Below are positions 32,040 to 50,270 of a DNA stretch of 64,000 nucleotides, piece after piece (the first letter of the stretch is position 1; every line of letters starts with the position of its first letter). The notes below the pieces were generated by a model, which saw nothing but the letters and a program-made list of their open reading frames with translations, was not told the origin of the DNA and did not search any database. The stretch comes from the human T2T-CHM13v2.0 reference genome, Homo sapiens. The DNA is taken from contig CP086569.2 in the NCBI GenBank assembly GCA_009914755.4, forward strand, positions 2,368,001 to 2,432,000, given 5' to 3'. The position numbers and the translations under genes are program-made.

Positions 32040-32215
32040 GATAATGCCTGGGAGTATGCGTTCTCAGAGTACCCCTAGAGTGTAACAGGCAGCACCTCAG
32101 CTCTGTAGCTGTGTAACATGCACCCTTAGAGTGTAATAGGCAGGACCCCAGCTCTGTAGCTGGGTAACATGTACCCCCGTAGAGTGTAAGAAGCAGGACC
32201 CCAGCCTCTTCACGG
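32040..32215. repeat. ~55-bp tandem repeat x3 (gagtgtaacaggcagcacctcagctctgtagctg(g/t)gtaacatg(c/t)accc)
   Basis: Three consecutive near-identical units lie ~65-240 bp upstream of the CD99 exon 7 acceptor. Confidence 0.85.
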
Positions 32216-32280
32216 TCCTGGCTGTGAATTTTTCCTTGACCCCAAACCTTCCCATTGCAGACGTTGTTTTTGTCTTGCAG

Positions 32281-32331
32281 GAAAAGGAGGCAGTGATGGT
32301 GGAGGCAGCCACAGGAAAGAAGGGGAAGAGG
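32281..32331 (+). CDS. CD99: CD99 exon 7 (…G KGGSDGGGSHRKEGEE A…), phase 1-1
   Basis: tgtcttgcag|gaaaaggaggcagtgatggtggaggcagccacaggaaagaaggggaagagg|gtaggt. Confidence 0.95.
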
Positions 32332-32892
32332 GTAGGTGCACCTGGCTTCTGTCTTCTTGTCTCTCCCACGTGGTGTTGAGAAGGGGAAGCAGAATGTCTG
32401 AGAGCTGGCGGACTGCACTGGCATTGGCCTCCTAAAGCTACTGGCAGGAGGCACGGGTGTTCTGTGCCAAGTGCTCCCAAGTGATGTAGCTGCAGAGGTC
32501 CCCCAGCAAACCAGCCCTGCTCCGGGTGCCCACGTGACGCGGATTTTATGTTTGGTCACCTGCCCACGATGCCCTGGCTGGCGACCCGACCCCTACATCA
32601 CGCTTCGCCTTGTCCTTGTGTTTACAAAAGCTCCTACACTCACCCTAACGATCAGAGGCTTGTGACGCAGTATCCTCGGTTGCGCTTGGCCCTTGAGAAC
32701 GTCAGTAACCAGGTGGGAGGTGGGAATGTGGATCGCTTCCACCCTGGCTGTAACAGGCATTGTGTTCTCCATGGAAGTGCCGGTGATGTATCTCCTGTCT
32801 CCTTTTTCATAACCTTTTCCCTTAGATGGGACAAGAAAATAATGACAGACAGAATTCCTTTTAAAACTGTAAAGAAAACAAAATGAGGTAAG

Positions 32893-33010
32893 AAAGAGAA
32901 ACAGAGAAGTAGGGAGGAAGAAAAAAGGGAAGGAGGGAAGGAAAGAAGGAAGGAGGGATGGAGAGAAGGAAGGAAGGAGGGAAGAAGGGAAGGAAGGAAG
33001 GGAGGAAAAG
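32893..33010. repeat. (GGAA)n purine-rich simple repeat
   Basis: gggaggaagaaaaaagggaaggagggaaggaaagaaggaaggagggatggagagaaggaaggaaggagggaagaagggaaggaaggaagggagg. Confidence 0.9.
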
Positions 33011-33420
33011 TGGGTAGTCTACCCTTGTTTTAGGTATTTATTATTTTTATGGGTACAGTTCTTGAATTCTAGGCTTTCTTTGAAGAGGTAGTAATCTGTA
33101 GCCCTCACCTAGGACTACAAGGTCATTTTTTAAAAAATAGCTAAGAAAACACATGTCTGGCATGTTTATCTCAGGCCATCGTTCTTGGCCTTCTAGAGAG
33201 TTAATGTCTACTATGTCACTTCATCAGGGAGGGGTAGTTAAGCTTGAAAAATCTTTCTATGACATGACTGTGTCCTGCACATATTAAAAACTGGCCGAGT
33301 GAACACACCACCGACAGGCCATGTTTGGAGCCAGTGTTTTTGCTGAAAGTCAGACAATTCTCCTTCCCCGTCGTGGAGGGCGGAGAAGATTCTATCTGGA
33401 GAAGGGTCCTCTGAAGCTCA

Positions 33421-34365
<945 letters not shown>

Positions 34366-34575
34366 AAATAATACACAATAATAATAATTAATTAAATAGA
34401 GATAGATTTAAAATGTCTGCATTGAAACCCAAAGCTATCTTCAAGGGGTGAAAAAGGAGCATTCTAACGATACAAAACGCATTGGCAAATGCCCCAAGCA
34501 TTGCAGGTCTTTGCTTCTTTATCTTCTGCCCCTGCCTGGGCTCCTTCCTCCAGGTTTGATGTCCAGCTCTCTCTT

Positions 34576-34879
<304 letters not shown>

Positions 34880-35226
34880 CCAGCTCTCTTTCCATCTGTC
34901 TTTGTCTTTTTTTGTCTCTGCCTTGGTTCTGCTGAGCTTCTGCCCGTACCTCGCTGGCCTCTCTTCATGTCTCTTTTCTCCTGCTCCACTCCCTCCATGG
35001 TCTGACCAGGTCTGCCCAGCACGTGCGATGGGAGATTGTGCCTTGCTTTGCCTTCCTGTGTATCATTCTCGGCATGCTTCCTTTGCAAATCGGTCAGCTC
35101 AGGCGTCTGAGATGTTCTGAGGATCTTGGTGCTCTCAGACTGACTGTCTCTGCCAGCCACTGCCCCCTGGGATCTTCTCTGCACCGTGCGTGTCTCAATC
35201 ACGATGCTGTGTGCTTCCTCCTGCAG

Positions 35227-35340
35227 CCGACGCCCCAGGCGTGATCCCCGGGATTGTGGGGGCTGTCGTGGTCGCCGTGGCTGGAGCCATCTCTAGCTTC
35301 ATTGCTTACCAGAAAAAGAAGCTATGCTTCAAAGAAAATG
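35227..35340 (+). CDS. CD99: CD99 exon 8 (transmembrane segment: A DAPGVIPGIVGAVVVAVAGAISSFIAYQKKKLCFKEN A), phase 1-1
   Basis: ctcctgcag|ccgacgccccaggcgtgatccccgggattgtgggggctgtcgtggtcgccgtggctggagccatctctagcttcattgcttaccagaaaaagaagctatgcttcaaagaaaatg|gtaagt. Confidence 0.95.
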
Positions 35341-35819
35341 GTAAGTCTCAGTCCGCCGGTGCCTCTCCTTCATGCCTTGCTGATTGGAAAACTGTGCTTT
35401 CTTTAAAAGGCAGAAACCAAACTCGGGCTGGCACGAAACAGGTGCACGATGGCTGATGGTTCGTGAAACTGCTAAAATTCTGGAATCGAACCTTCTGGCT
35501 TTGATTTCAGGGCTGTTCTGCCTTGTGTTTTGTTGTGTGAAAGTTTACAAGTTCCCCACTGCTGCAGTGCTTGGGTTGTTTACGTCTACCAAGTGGGAAA
35601 TGGTTGGTACATATGCCGCGGAATTGTTGCTGGGGTTAGAGACAGTCCTGCAGGAAAGCCGCTACAAGTTACCCTGCAGAGAGCAAAGGTGGAAGACACT
35701 TAGCTCTGATCATTCCTGCCCTGTTATTTACAACCGATGTCATCATCAGGAGGAGAGCCGTGACCAGGGGGCCGCCACGGTCCTTTCTCCACTGAGAGTT
35801 AAGTTAAAAGCCGGCACAA

Positions 35820-36238
<419 letters not shown>

Positions 36239-36318
36239 TCACCATTGCAATCCTCCTAGGTCAGCTGGCAGGCTCTTTGGGACCTTGTATTGGGATCCGC
36301 CGTGAAGCTGGGAAGTAA

Positions 36319-36744
<426 letters not shown>

Positions 36745-37052
36745 ACAGCTACTGTTTTATGGAGGAGCCCCTGGGGTCCCTCACGCCTCTGGGTGTCTGA
36801 ACTTCTCACCCTACTTAGATCTTAAGTCCTTATTCATTCTTGGTCACTGATGTCATTCACTCAAAGCACTGCCTCCTGAAGATTTTAGAGGGATTCCTAG
36901 AACATTTGAATAGATGCTGGTGTGGACAAAGTTAGACTGTAGGGGTGGAGTTTCCCCGTAATCTCCCATCATTCCAGCATTTGACATCCACAAACATTAT
37001 TTAGAGCGTGAAATGGAGAGTCCTAAACAGCTTTCGGATCTCAAGACTTTAA

Positions 37053-37472
<420 letters not shown>

Positions 37473-37801
37473 TGATTGAATGGCAGTTTTGAGCGGGACC
37501 CAAATGGACAGATGACCACATTCAAGGAGATGCCTGTAAGAGACGTACGATTAGAATCACGTTGGAAAAAAGCAAACAGCATAACATTCTTCTCCCCTCT
37601 TGCTTCTTCTAGAAGTAGCGGAGGGGTTAAAACAGTAGGGACTCAATGGAAGGGAATTTTTGTTTGCTTTTCAATGACATTTCTTTTTCTTTTCTGAAAC
37701 TGTTCAACTCACAGCATAATATTCAACCAGGAGGTAAGGAAGGCTTGTTTGCCAGGACAGGATGCGTAATATTCTAGATGTTGTATTTCAAACTCTCTGG
37801 C

Positions 37802-38091
37802 TTTTTTTTTGAGACGGAGTCTCGCTCTATCGCCCAGAATGGAGGGCAGTGGTGCAATCTTGGCTCACTGCAACCTCGCGGGTTCAAGCAATTCTCCTGC
37901 CTCAGCCTCCGAAGTAACTGGAATTACAGGTGTGCATCACCACACCCGGCTAATTTTTGTATTTTTAGTAGAGATGGGGGTTCACCATGTTGGACACACT
38001 GGTCTCGAACTCGTGACCTCAGGTGGTTCCCCCCCCGCAATCTTGGCCTCCCAAAGTGTTGGGATTATAGGCGTGAGTCAAAGCACCCGGC
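37802..38091 (-). mobile_element. Alu (full length)
   Basis: tttttttttgagacggagtctcgctctatcgcccagaatggagggcagtggtgcaatcttggctcactgcaacctcgc ... gcgtgagtcaaagcacccggcc. Confidence 0.9.
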
Positions 38092-38275
38092 CTCTTTTTT
38101 AGAATCCCAGACAATTGTTGAACACTTTTGCATTAAACTACAAAGTCTCTGATTGATGATTCTCTGAAAATCTTTAGGTCAACCCAAATTGGATTCATGA
38201 GTTGCAAAGGATGTTTATTACCTTGTGCGTGCAGACGTAGGAACTTTTGGGATCTTGTAAGCCTATTTCATATTC

Positions 38276-38560
38276 ACATCCTGTATTAGTCCGTTTTCAC
38301 ACTGCTATGAAGAACTGCCTAAGACTGGATAATTCATGAAGGAAAGAGGATTCATTGATTCACAGTTCAGCATGGCTGGGGAGGCCTCAGGAAACTTAAC
38401 AATCATGGCAGAAGGGGACGCAAGGCACCATCCCATTATCACGAGAACAGCATGGGGGAACCTTCGCTATGGTTCAGTGACCCCAACCTGGTCTCTCCCT
38501 GGACACATGGGGATTATGGGAATTACAATTTAAGATGAGATTTGGGTGGGGACACAGAGG
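38276..38560 (-). mobile_element. THE1/MST-family (MaLR) solo LTR, internally deleted
   Basis: gtattagtccgttttcacactgctatgaagaactgcctaagactgg ... atcacgagaacagcatggggg ... ggggattatgggaattacaatttaagatgagatttgggtggggacacag is the reverse complement of the THE1/MST LTR consensus (tgatatggtttggctgtgtccccacccaaatctcatcttgaattgtagctcccataat...cagtgtgagaatggactaataca). Confidence 0.75.
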
Positions 38561-38831
38561 CTCATCATATCACATCTGAAGACACTCAAACTTGGGAAAG
38601 CACCCAGGAGGCTTAATAGACTTGATTTTGTCAAAAATTTTGAAATAGAATTGGGAAAAGGAAAAACAACTTTTCCTCTACCTTATCCGCCCCGCCACCC
38701 CTGGGTCTTGGTCTTGGGTGGAAGCATTATCTTTTTTTATTGCAGGAGGTGGGGCAGGCATGAACAATGAAAGCTCTCACTGGGTAGAAACAATTTTCCT
38801 AGATTCTTCAAGAACAAAAGCAAATATGTCC

Positions 38832-39427
<596 letters not shown>

Positions 39428-39699
39428 CCCCAAAATAATTTTTTTTAAAAAAGCATCCTTTCTGAAGAATTGGCTCAGGGGAGTCCAAGATTCACTTTAT
39501 ACTAATGAGATGCTAGGCTAATTTTCTTCTAATATTTTCTATAAGTCTCTTATTCTGATGCCAAATTAACAGAAGGTCCAACTTTCAATTCCTGGTTTGC
39601 TTTCTAGTTATCCTGGGATTGATTTTCTTGGCCTTTTGTAAATGCACAAAGCAAAGGGCCAAAAAGAAAATAAAATAAAGTATAACAAAGAGAAGCAAG

Positions 39700-39905
39700 A
39701 GATGGTGAAACCCCGTCTCTACTAAAAATACAAGAATTAGCTGTGCGTGATGGTGGGCACCTGTAATATCCCAGCTACTTGGGAGGCTGAGGCAGGGAAT
39801 TGCTTGAACCCGGGAGGCAGAGGTTGCAGTGAGCCAAGATTGTGCCACCACACTCCAGCCTGGACAACAGAGTGAGACTCTGTCTCAAAAAAAAAAAAAA
39901 AAAAA
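39700..39905 (+). mobile_element. Alu (5'-truncated)
   Basis: gatggtgaaaccccgtctctactaaaaatacaagaattagctgtgcgtgatggtgggcacctgtaat ... gtctcaaaaaaaaaaaaaaaaaaag. Confidence 0.85.
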
Positions 39906-40254
39906 GAGAAAGAAAACAAAAACAAGGCACTCTTCTATAAATACCAAGACCCTACCTCAAAAGAGGACCTTTCCAACTGCATCCACTCACAGCTTGGTTT
40001 TTATACCTGAATTATAAAATGAGTTTAATATTTATCTCAGTGACATGATTTTGTTAGTAGACATGGAATTGTGATGTTGGATCGAGTTATCCGGAAGACG
40101 AAAGATGTCAGAGCCCTCAGCCTCTGGGGCAGGATTTTGCTTTATGGGTTCGATTTCCGGGATGGTGATTTTGAGATCTGGCAACCCCATAGGTTCATGG
40201 GGAGCTTGGAGATTTCATAAGAAGGATGTGAGTATAGCATGCCCTGGTCCTTCA

Positions 40255-40593
<339 letters not shown>

Positions 40594-40846
40594 TTATTCT
40601 ACCAGACAGGCTCATTTTCCGGGACTGTGTCATTGCATTGAAATCTGTGGTGTTTGTTAAATTTGTATTAAAATGAGTCCCAGGCGAGTGAGTAGACATA
40701 GGTGAGTCTTCGGCATCTTTCCAACAAGGAGATGCCTTTATCAAATCCTGTGACTTGATATAGATTTACTGAGAAGCTTTGCAGTGTTATATTTTGGGGT
40801 TCACGGATTAGAAACTCCTTGTGGAATCAGATGGCTCTGTCTGTTA

Positions 40847-41055
40847 TAGGTTGGTGCAAAAATAACTGCGGTTTATGCCATTAAAAGTAATAGCAACATA
40901 GCAAGACCTCGTGTCTACAAAAAACGTAAAAAAAAAAAAATTAGCTGAGTGTGGTGGCTCCCAGCTAATTTTTTACCTTTTTTTGTAGAGACAGAGTCTT
41001 GCTATGTTGCCATTACTTTTAATGGCAAAAACCACAATTACTTTTGCACCAGCCT
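40847..41055. mobile_element. MADE1 (Hsmar1-derived mariner MITE) split by an internal Alu-derived insertion
   Basis: taggttggtgcaaaaataactgcggtttatgccattaaaagtaatagc ... [~110 bp of Alu-like fragments in opposite orientations] ... gccattacttttaatggcaaaaaccacaattacttttgcaccagcc. This matches the MADE1 palindromic consensus TTAGGTTGGTGCAAAAGTAATTGCGG...CCGCAATTACTTTTGCACCAACCTAA. Confidence 0.8.
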
Positions 41056-41394
41056 CCGTTCCTCCCTTCCTACAGATTTGAGTTTGTGGTGCTTGGGCTT
41101 CTCCTGGTTTTTGTCCATGTGATACGAAGGGGCCTGTTGAAGCTGCTTCTCTCATGCACTCGGGGTCTGTGACTTCGCATCTGGGTGTGTTGGCTTCGCG
41201 GGGGACCTGGCTCAGACCACTAACCGCACGGAGCCTGACCACTTCCCACAGAGCCCAGCTTCCGTGGCTGGCAAGGGGTGTTCAGGATGCTGTCCTTTGG
41301 CTGTGGTGGCTGGTCCTACTGCTCTGTTTGCCAGGGTCCTGGGCTCACAGTGGGTTTCTTGAGGCTTTGGCAAGATGGGCGATTGGCTCTCCCT

Positions 41395-42140
41395 GTCTCC
41401 TTCTTTCTCTTTCTTCTTCTCTGCCTTTCTTCCTTCCCTCCTCCTTTCTTTCCCCCTCCCTCCTTCTTTTCTCTCTTCCTTCCCTGCTTTTCTCTTTCTT
41501 CCTTTGCCCTCAGTTCTCCCTCTCTCTCTCTCTTTTCATTCTTTCTTGAACTCTCCCTCTTTCTTCCTCCCTCCCTCCCTTCTTCTTTTCCTCCTTTTCC
41601 TTTTTCTCTCTTCCTTTTCTCTATCTCTTCCTTTCTTCCTTCTCTTTTCTTCTTATGTACCTCTTTCTTTTTTCTCTCTTCTTTCCTTCCTTCCTTTCTT
41701 TCCATCCCTCCCTCCTTCTTTCCTTTTCCCCTCTCCATCCCTTCCTCCTTTCCTTCCTTCCTTTCTTTTTTTCCTCTCTATTCTTTGTCTCTCTTCATCC
41801 ATCTCTCCTGTTCTTACATGCCTCTTTTCTTCCTTCCTTCTTTCTTCTCTCCCTCCTTCCCTTCTTTCCTTCCTTCCTTCCCTTCCTCCTTCCCTCTCTC
41901 CTTCCCTTCCTCCCTCCCTCCCTCATTTCCTTCCTCCCTGCTTCACTTCTTCCTCCCTCCCTTCCTCCATACCTCCCTGCTTCCTTTTTTCCAACCTCCT
42001 TCCCTCCTCGTTCCTTCCCTCTCTTTCTGCCTTCCTCCCTTCCTTCCTCCCATCCCTTCTTCCTGCTTCCCTCCTGCTCTCCCTGTTCCCTGCCTCCCTC
42101 CCTGCCTTCCTCTGTCTCTCCCTTCCTCCACTCCTTAATT
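41395..42140. repeat. ~750-bp CT-rich polypyrimidine tract (TTCC/CTCC/TCTT units), on the + strand of CD99 intron 8
   Basis: Almost pure C/T on the + strand across ~750 bp (ctccttctttctctttcttcttctctgcctttcttccttccctcc...). It creates the 286-aa and 279-aa S/F/L/P-rich + ORFs and the K/E/R/G-rich - ORFs. None of these is coding. Confidence 0.95.
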
Positions 42141-42938
42141 TTGGTTTCCACTTCCCACTCTCACACTTTGAGCCTCTATCCCATTACTTCCTTGCTCAGA
42201 GCAGCTCTTTCTAACACCTCCCTGCTGCTGGGAGCCCCAGCGCACAGCAAAAGCAGACCCAGCACCAGTTTACTTTTTGTATTATTATTTTTTATCGTTT
42301 TCAACCTTCCATTTCAGATGGCTGAAGACCTAGGGGTGAGCAGAGAACCCAGCCCAGGCCTGCGGAGCGTCCTGACCGTAATCGTTTTATCTGCTAAGAC
42401 ATAGCCTTAAAGCAAACCCTTCCATCTGCCGCTCCCCTCGCCCTGCTGGCAAATTCCCACCACGATGGGATTCTCAATCACATGGCGGATTCTCTGCCTT
42501 CAGTTCCATATGCTTTTGCCTTTCTGGATGCACAGAAGCTCATTATAGCAAATCATATTTCTGCATAAGAGCTTCAGAAAATGAAGAGAAATGCAGATAT
42601 TTTCTTTTAAACATGAATCTAACAGAAACAGGGCAGTGACTTCCATGTTTTAATGAGTTTTGTCCCTAAGTCCATCCCTGCCAAGGGAACAAACTGGGGC
42701 CCAGGGTGGCCACCCTCTTCCCTGCAGTGTCCTAGGTTAAGCTCACTCACGTCCTAAGGATTTGACCTTCCAGGTCATGCATGGATTTTTAAATCTTCAA
42801 CGTTTTTGGCCGTTGACTTGCATTTCTCACTGCACTTCCTATGAAGCAGTTCTTAACTCTTTCTGTGATCAGTGTTCCAAACAGGTACACACCTTGGTTC
42901 CTAGAAAAACAAAATTCATACGTTGAGGAATCACCTAA

Positions 42939-43800
<862 letters not shown>

Positions 43801-44881
43801 TTTCTTATTTGCCCTCTTGTGGAAATGAGGCACAGCCTCCCTTATGGTTGAGCCGTAGTTCTAGCTGAGCACGGATGGTTTGATCCTCCTGTGTTGGGGC
43901 ACTGTATGGTGTGAGGGCACAAAACCTTGACCCACATGGGTCTGGTCACCTTCTCACAGAGGTCACCTTTACAGCCCCCCAACTCTTTGAAGGATGTGTC
44001 CCAAGGTGTCTCAAGTCTGATGCAATGAAAGCTGCCCCCCATTGACCACAGGACTGAGTCCAGAATGTCCTGCGTGTTTCCCAGAGTGTCTGTCCTAACA
44101 CCGCTTAAAGATTAGCCACTGCTAGACAGTGATCCTCAGGTATATGGTCTCAGGATTGGCCCCAAGCACACGGTGTGTGTGTGTGTATAAATATATCTTC
44201 ACAAAGCATAGGTACCCATTAAAGCCATATTGCTTTGCTGAATGGTTCTAATAGCTACAGATGATTTCTAGCCTGAAAGAAAAGCACCACGAATTGTTTG
44301 AAGTTGACTTGTCAGATGTGGCATGCTTGGTCTAAGTTTTGACAGGAAGGGTATGTGGGTAGGGGTGTACGGAGCATCTCATGAGACCAGTTCTCCTCCT
44401 GAGAGGTCCGTGATGTTGGAACTGTTGCCCCAGATGGACTTTGCCCTTGTGAGACTTTATACTTTTCAATGCAGTTTTTCCCTCTTTAAAACTCGCCAGC
44501 TTTTATGTAGTGTTTTATAAAATTACAGGAATAAAAAGAATATCTTTTATGCTTTTTAACCAATGAGGGGAGAGGGAGAAATTATTTGTCCTCTGAAATG
44601 AATGCAGGTTTTCAATTTCTAGCCAGGACAGTTTGCTGCAAAATGCACCCGTGTTGACAACTTGTGACTGGCAGAACAAATGACATTTGTGGTGAACATT
44701 TTCGGATCATTTCGAATGTTCTTCTCTTCAGGGGGTTTTCCTCTCTTTTTCTTAAATCAAAGAATTTGGCCCTTTATGTGGGAGTCATTTAGTGGTTAGG
44801 GAGAACAGTTGAAACTGTGGAGTTCACGTAGCGTAAACTGGCGAGGCTGTCTCTGCTGCTGTCATTAAAAGTTACGCTGCT

Positions 44882-45222
<341 letters not shown>

Positions 45223-45532
45223 TTATGAAGGCATTTGAACCACAGATGGGGCCGTTTTACAAATAGCACGGTCTTTGTGAGGGGGAAACGCATGGCCACA
45301 GATTCGATGAGCTTCTGCTGCTTCCCTTTGTGTTGAAAACGTGGGTGTTCCTTCACACCAACACTGGAAATAAATAAATACCTATTGATCTGTGCATCTC
45401 TTACGCGTTTCCAATTCTGTTGGCTTATGCTGTGGGTCAGAAAAGAAGCGACACCGACAACATTTGGGGACTTGACCCTGTTTGCATTGCGGCATGTTTG
45501 AAACATTTTTTAATGGAAATTTGGGAATAGAG

Positions 45533-45978
<446 letters not shown>

Positions 45979-46124
45979 TCACCTCTCTGCATTCTGAGGG
46001 AGGTAGAAGGGGGGACAGGAGAGCCAATTCAACCTGAGAAGGATGATCGGTGGAGGTGGGTAAAGGAAGAAAGTCCCCTTTCCCTAGGTACTGAAAAGAT
46101 GCTAATCTGCTGAGATTCTCTGTA

Positions 46125-46766
<642 letters not shown>

Positions 46767-47157
46767 TGATGAGTTTGGGGGCAGTTATAAATAAGAATCT
46801 TATTTTCACAGATGCACGTACTTTTTTTTTTTTTATAGAAAGAGCTTCCATGTGCGTGTTCCTCAGTGTTTAGGGAGAAGAAAGCAACCCTTAAAATAGA
46901 GGAAAATGAAGCTGCTTGGATTACCCTGTTGAAGTTCATCTCTGCCTGTGCCATGCATGAAAAAATACTGGCAAAGTCTTCACTTACATGAGTGTTAGAC
47001 TCCATGTTCCCAGTGGGTCTCGGGGTTCAGAACTGAGTGCTCTCATCCAAGCAATAGGAGCGTCGACCTCAGGAAAGCCCAAGTGTTTTGTGTGTATTTT
47101 GAGGAGTGGGTTATCTGTTGCACTGAGCCTCTCTGTGTATTTTCTTCTTCTTTTCAG

Positions 47158-47214
47158 CAGAACAAGGGGAGGTGGACATGGAGAGCCACCGGAATGCCAA
47201 CGCAGAGCCAGCTG
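47158..47214 (+). CDS. CD99: CD99 exon 9 (…A EQGEVDMESHRNANAEPA V…), phase 1-1
   Basis: tcttcttttcag|cagaacaaggggaggtggacatggagagccaccggaatgccaacgcagagccagctg|gtaaga. Confidence 0.95.
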
Positions 47215-47460
47215 GTAAGAAGGACGGGGAACGATGGCTTGCACACGTGGCCAGTGTTCCCATTTTATCTTCTCCATCCTCTCCCATCTTGCTGTCCTGC
47301 TCACATTCTCAAATTTGGTTGCATGGCTTTGAATGTCTTCCTTTATGTCTCGTTGCTTTGGAGGGATACTTTCAAAAGACAATGAATGTGTAAACTTCCT
47401 AGGGCCTGGGCCTTCAGAGAAGACCTATATGTGCCTAAGTCTCTGTTTAACAAAATATTA

Positions 47461-47759
<299 letters not shown>

Positions 47760-47793
47760 TTAAAAGCCCATCTCCTGAAATATAACTCGTTAA

Positions 47794-48126
<333 letters not shown>

Positions 48127-48411
48127 TGCTATCACCTTCTAAAAATCCTCTCAACCAGGTGGAAAATGTGGTTAAGAAGAGACTTTAATTCGTGAGAAAC
48201 TTCTCAGGGTAAAAGGCAGGCATTTTGCCATCAGAACCACTTTTGAAAATGGCAAGAAAAAAATGTGTGTGTGTATATGTGCGTGTATTTTTTTATTTTG
48301 TTTGTGCATACATTGGAACCTTCTCATTTGCCTGAGAGATGCAGTGCTTATTTTTAATAGCAGCTGTCAAATTGAGAGGGATTTTTAATGAAATGATTTA
48401 AAATATTTTAA

Positions 48412-48710
48412 TTTTTTTTCTTTTTGAGATGGAGTGTCTCTCTGTCACCCAGGCTGGAGTGCAGTGGTGCGACCTCTGCTCACTGCAACCCCTGCCTCCC
48501 AGTGTCAAGTGATTCTCCTTCCTCAGCCTTCTGAGTAGCTGAGACCACAGGCACCCGCCATCATGCCCCACTAATTTTCTTTCTGTTTTTACTAGAGACG
48601 GGGCTTTCGCCATGTTGGCCAGAGTGGTCTCGAACTCCTGACCTCAAGTGATCTGCCCACCTTGGCCTCCCAAAGTGCTAGGATTACAGGCATGAGCCAC
48701 CGTGCCTGGC
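48412..48710 (-). mobile_element. Alu (full length)
   Basis: ttttttttctttttgagatggagtgtctctctgtcacccaggctggagtgcagtggtgcgacctctgctcactgc ... catgagccaccgtgcctggc. Confidence 0.9.
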
Positions 48711-48753
48711 ATTCCATTTTAAAGATAGAGACTTCTACAAAGTTAGTGTCTCG

Positions 48754-49081
<328 letters not shown>

Positions 49082-49746
49082 TTAGTGTCTTGTTGACTGC
49101 TCTTTCGAGTCAGGGAAAGATGTTTAGAACAAGCTATATCTTAAAGAGAAAAGGAAGATTCCTTCTGCCCACTGCAATGAAGTTGTCTGGCTTCATTAGC
49201 CAGTACATTGGTATATGTGTGTGGAGCCCTCGTGACTTGAAGGGCGTGGCATTCCAGTGTTTTCTGCCACCATTGTTCTTAATTCCTTCTTCCAAATCCC
49301 AGCTTCTCCCTCCAAAATAGTTTTAAGACTGACATGCAGAATAAAGTTTCCAAAACTTAAATGAATGGACCAGAAAATCTCAGCCCAGCATCATTGCAAA
49401 TCAATAAAAACTGCACACTCTCATTTAGAAGATTTATTCTTCCATTTGGTAAGTTATAGGCATTTGTTAGTGTCTCTGTGACGTCGTTAGTGGAAATTGC
49501 CTTCTGCTGTTTTCCTTCTGCTTTTTCTGCAGCATCCATTTTTTTTAATGAATGGCATCATTCAATGAAATTGATTGAATTGATTGAGATTTAGGGTTTT
49601 GCTTTCTCGTGATGAGTTTTGGGCCCATTTTTCTTATGCAGAAATAAAACCACTGGCTCCTGAAAGTTGTAGGAACTGTGTCCACGTGAGTGCTCAGGGA
49701 CCTGGGAATGACTTTCTTTTGTCTCTGTCTCCCACAGTTCAGCGTA

Positions 49747-49772
49747 CTCTTTTAGAGAAATAGAAGATTGTC
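49747..49772 (+). CDS. CD99: CD99 exon 10 coding part (…V QRTLLEK*), stop TAG at 49770-49772
   Basis: tctcccacag|ttcagcgtactcttttagagaaatag. Joining the 10 segments gives 558 nt, encoding 185 aa plus stop, identical to the canonical CD99 protein as recalled. Confidence 0.95.
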
Positions 49773-50270
49773 GGCAGAAACAGCCCAGGCGTTGGCAGCA
49801 GGGTTAGAACAGCTGCCTGAGGCTCCTCCCTGAAGGACACCTGCCTGAGAGCAGAGATGGAGGCCTTCTGTTCACGGCGGATTCTTTGTTTTAATCTTGC
49901 GATGTGCTTTGCTTGTTGCTGGGCGGATGATGTTTACTAACGATGAATTTTACATCCAAAGGGGGATAGGCACTTGGACCCCCATTCTCCAAGGCCCGGG
50001 GGGGCGGTTTCCCATGGGATGTGAAAGGCTGGCCATTATTAAGTCCCTGTAACTCAAATGTCAACCCCACCGAGGCACCCCCCCGTCCCCCAGAATCTTG
50101 GCTGTTTACAAATCACGTGTCCATCGAGCACGTCTGAAACCCCTGGTAGCCCCGACTTCTTTTTAATTAAAATAAGGTAAGCCCTTCAATTTGTTTCTTC
50201 AATATTTCTTTCATTTGTAGGGATATTTGTTTTTCATATCAGACTAATAAAAAGAAATTAGAAACCAAGT
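49773..50270 (+). other. CD99: CD99 3' UTR (approximate end)
   Basis: Unique sequence from the stop codon to an AATAAA at ~50246-50251, followed by a T-rich downstream element. Its length gives an mRNA of ~1.2 kb, consistent with CD99. Confidence 0.7.
50246..50251 (+). terminator. CD99: Polyadenylation signal AATAAA of CD99
   Basis: atcagactAATAAAaagaaattagaaaccaagtactttttttttttt. It is the first canonical hexamer ~475 nt after the stop and is followed by a U-rich tract. Confidence 0.6.

Noticed and set aside
35190-35456. ORF reading through CD99 exon 8 into intron 8 (…LCFKENGKSQSAGASPS…)
   Set aside because: This is read-through past the gtaagt donor at 35341. I looked for the reported CD99 type II 18-nt alternative insertion near the exon 8/9 or 9/10 junctions. 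No obvious AG or GT site at the right spacing produces an in-frame stop, so no alternative exon is annotated.
41278-42404. 286-, 279- and 249-aa S/F/L/P-rich + ORFs and K/E/R/G-rich - ORFs
   Set aside because: They are translations of the 750-bp polypyrimidine tract, not coding sequence.
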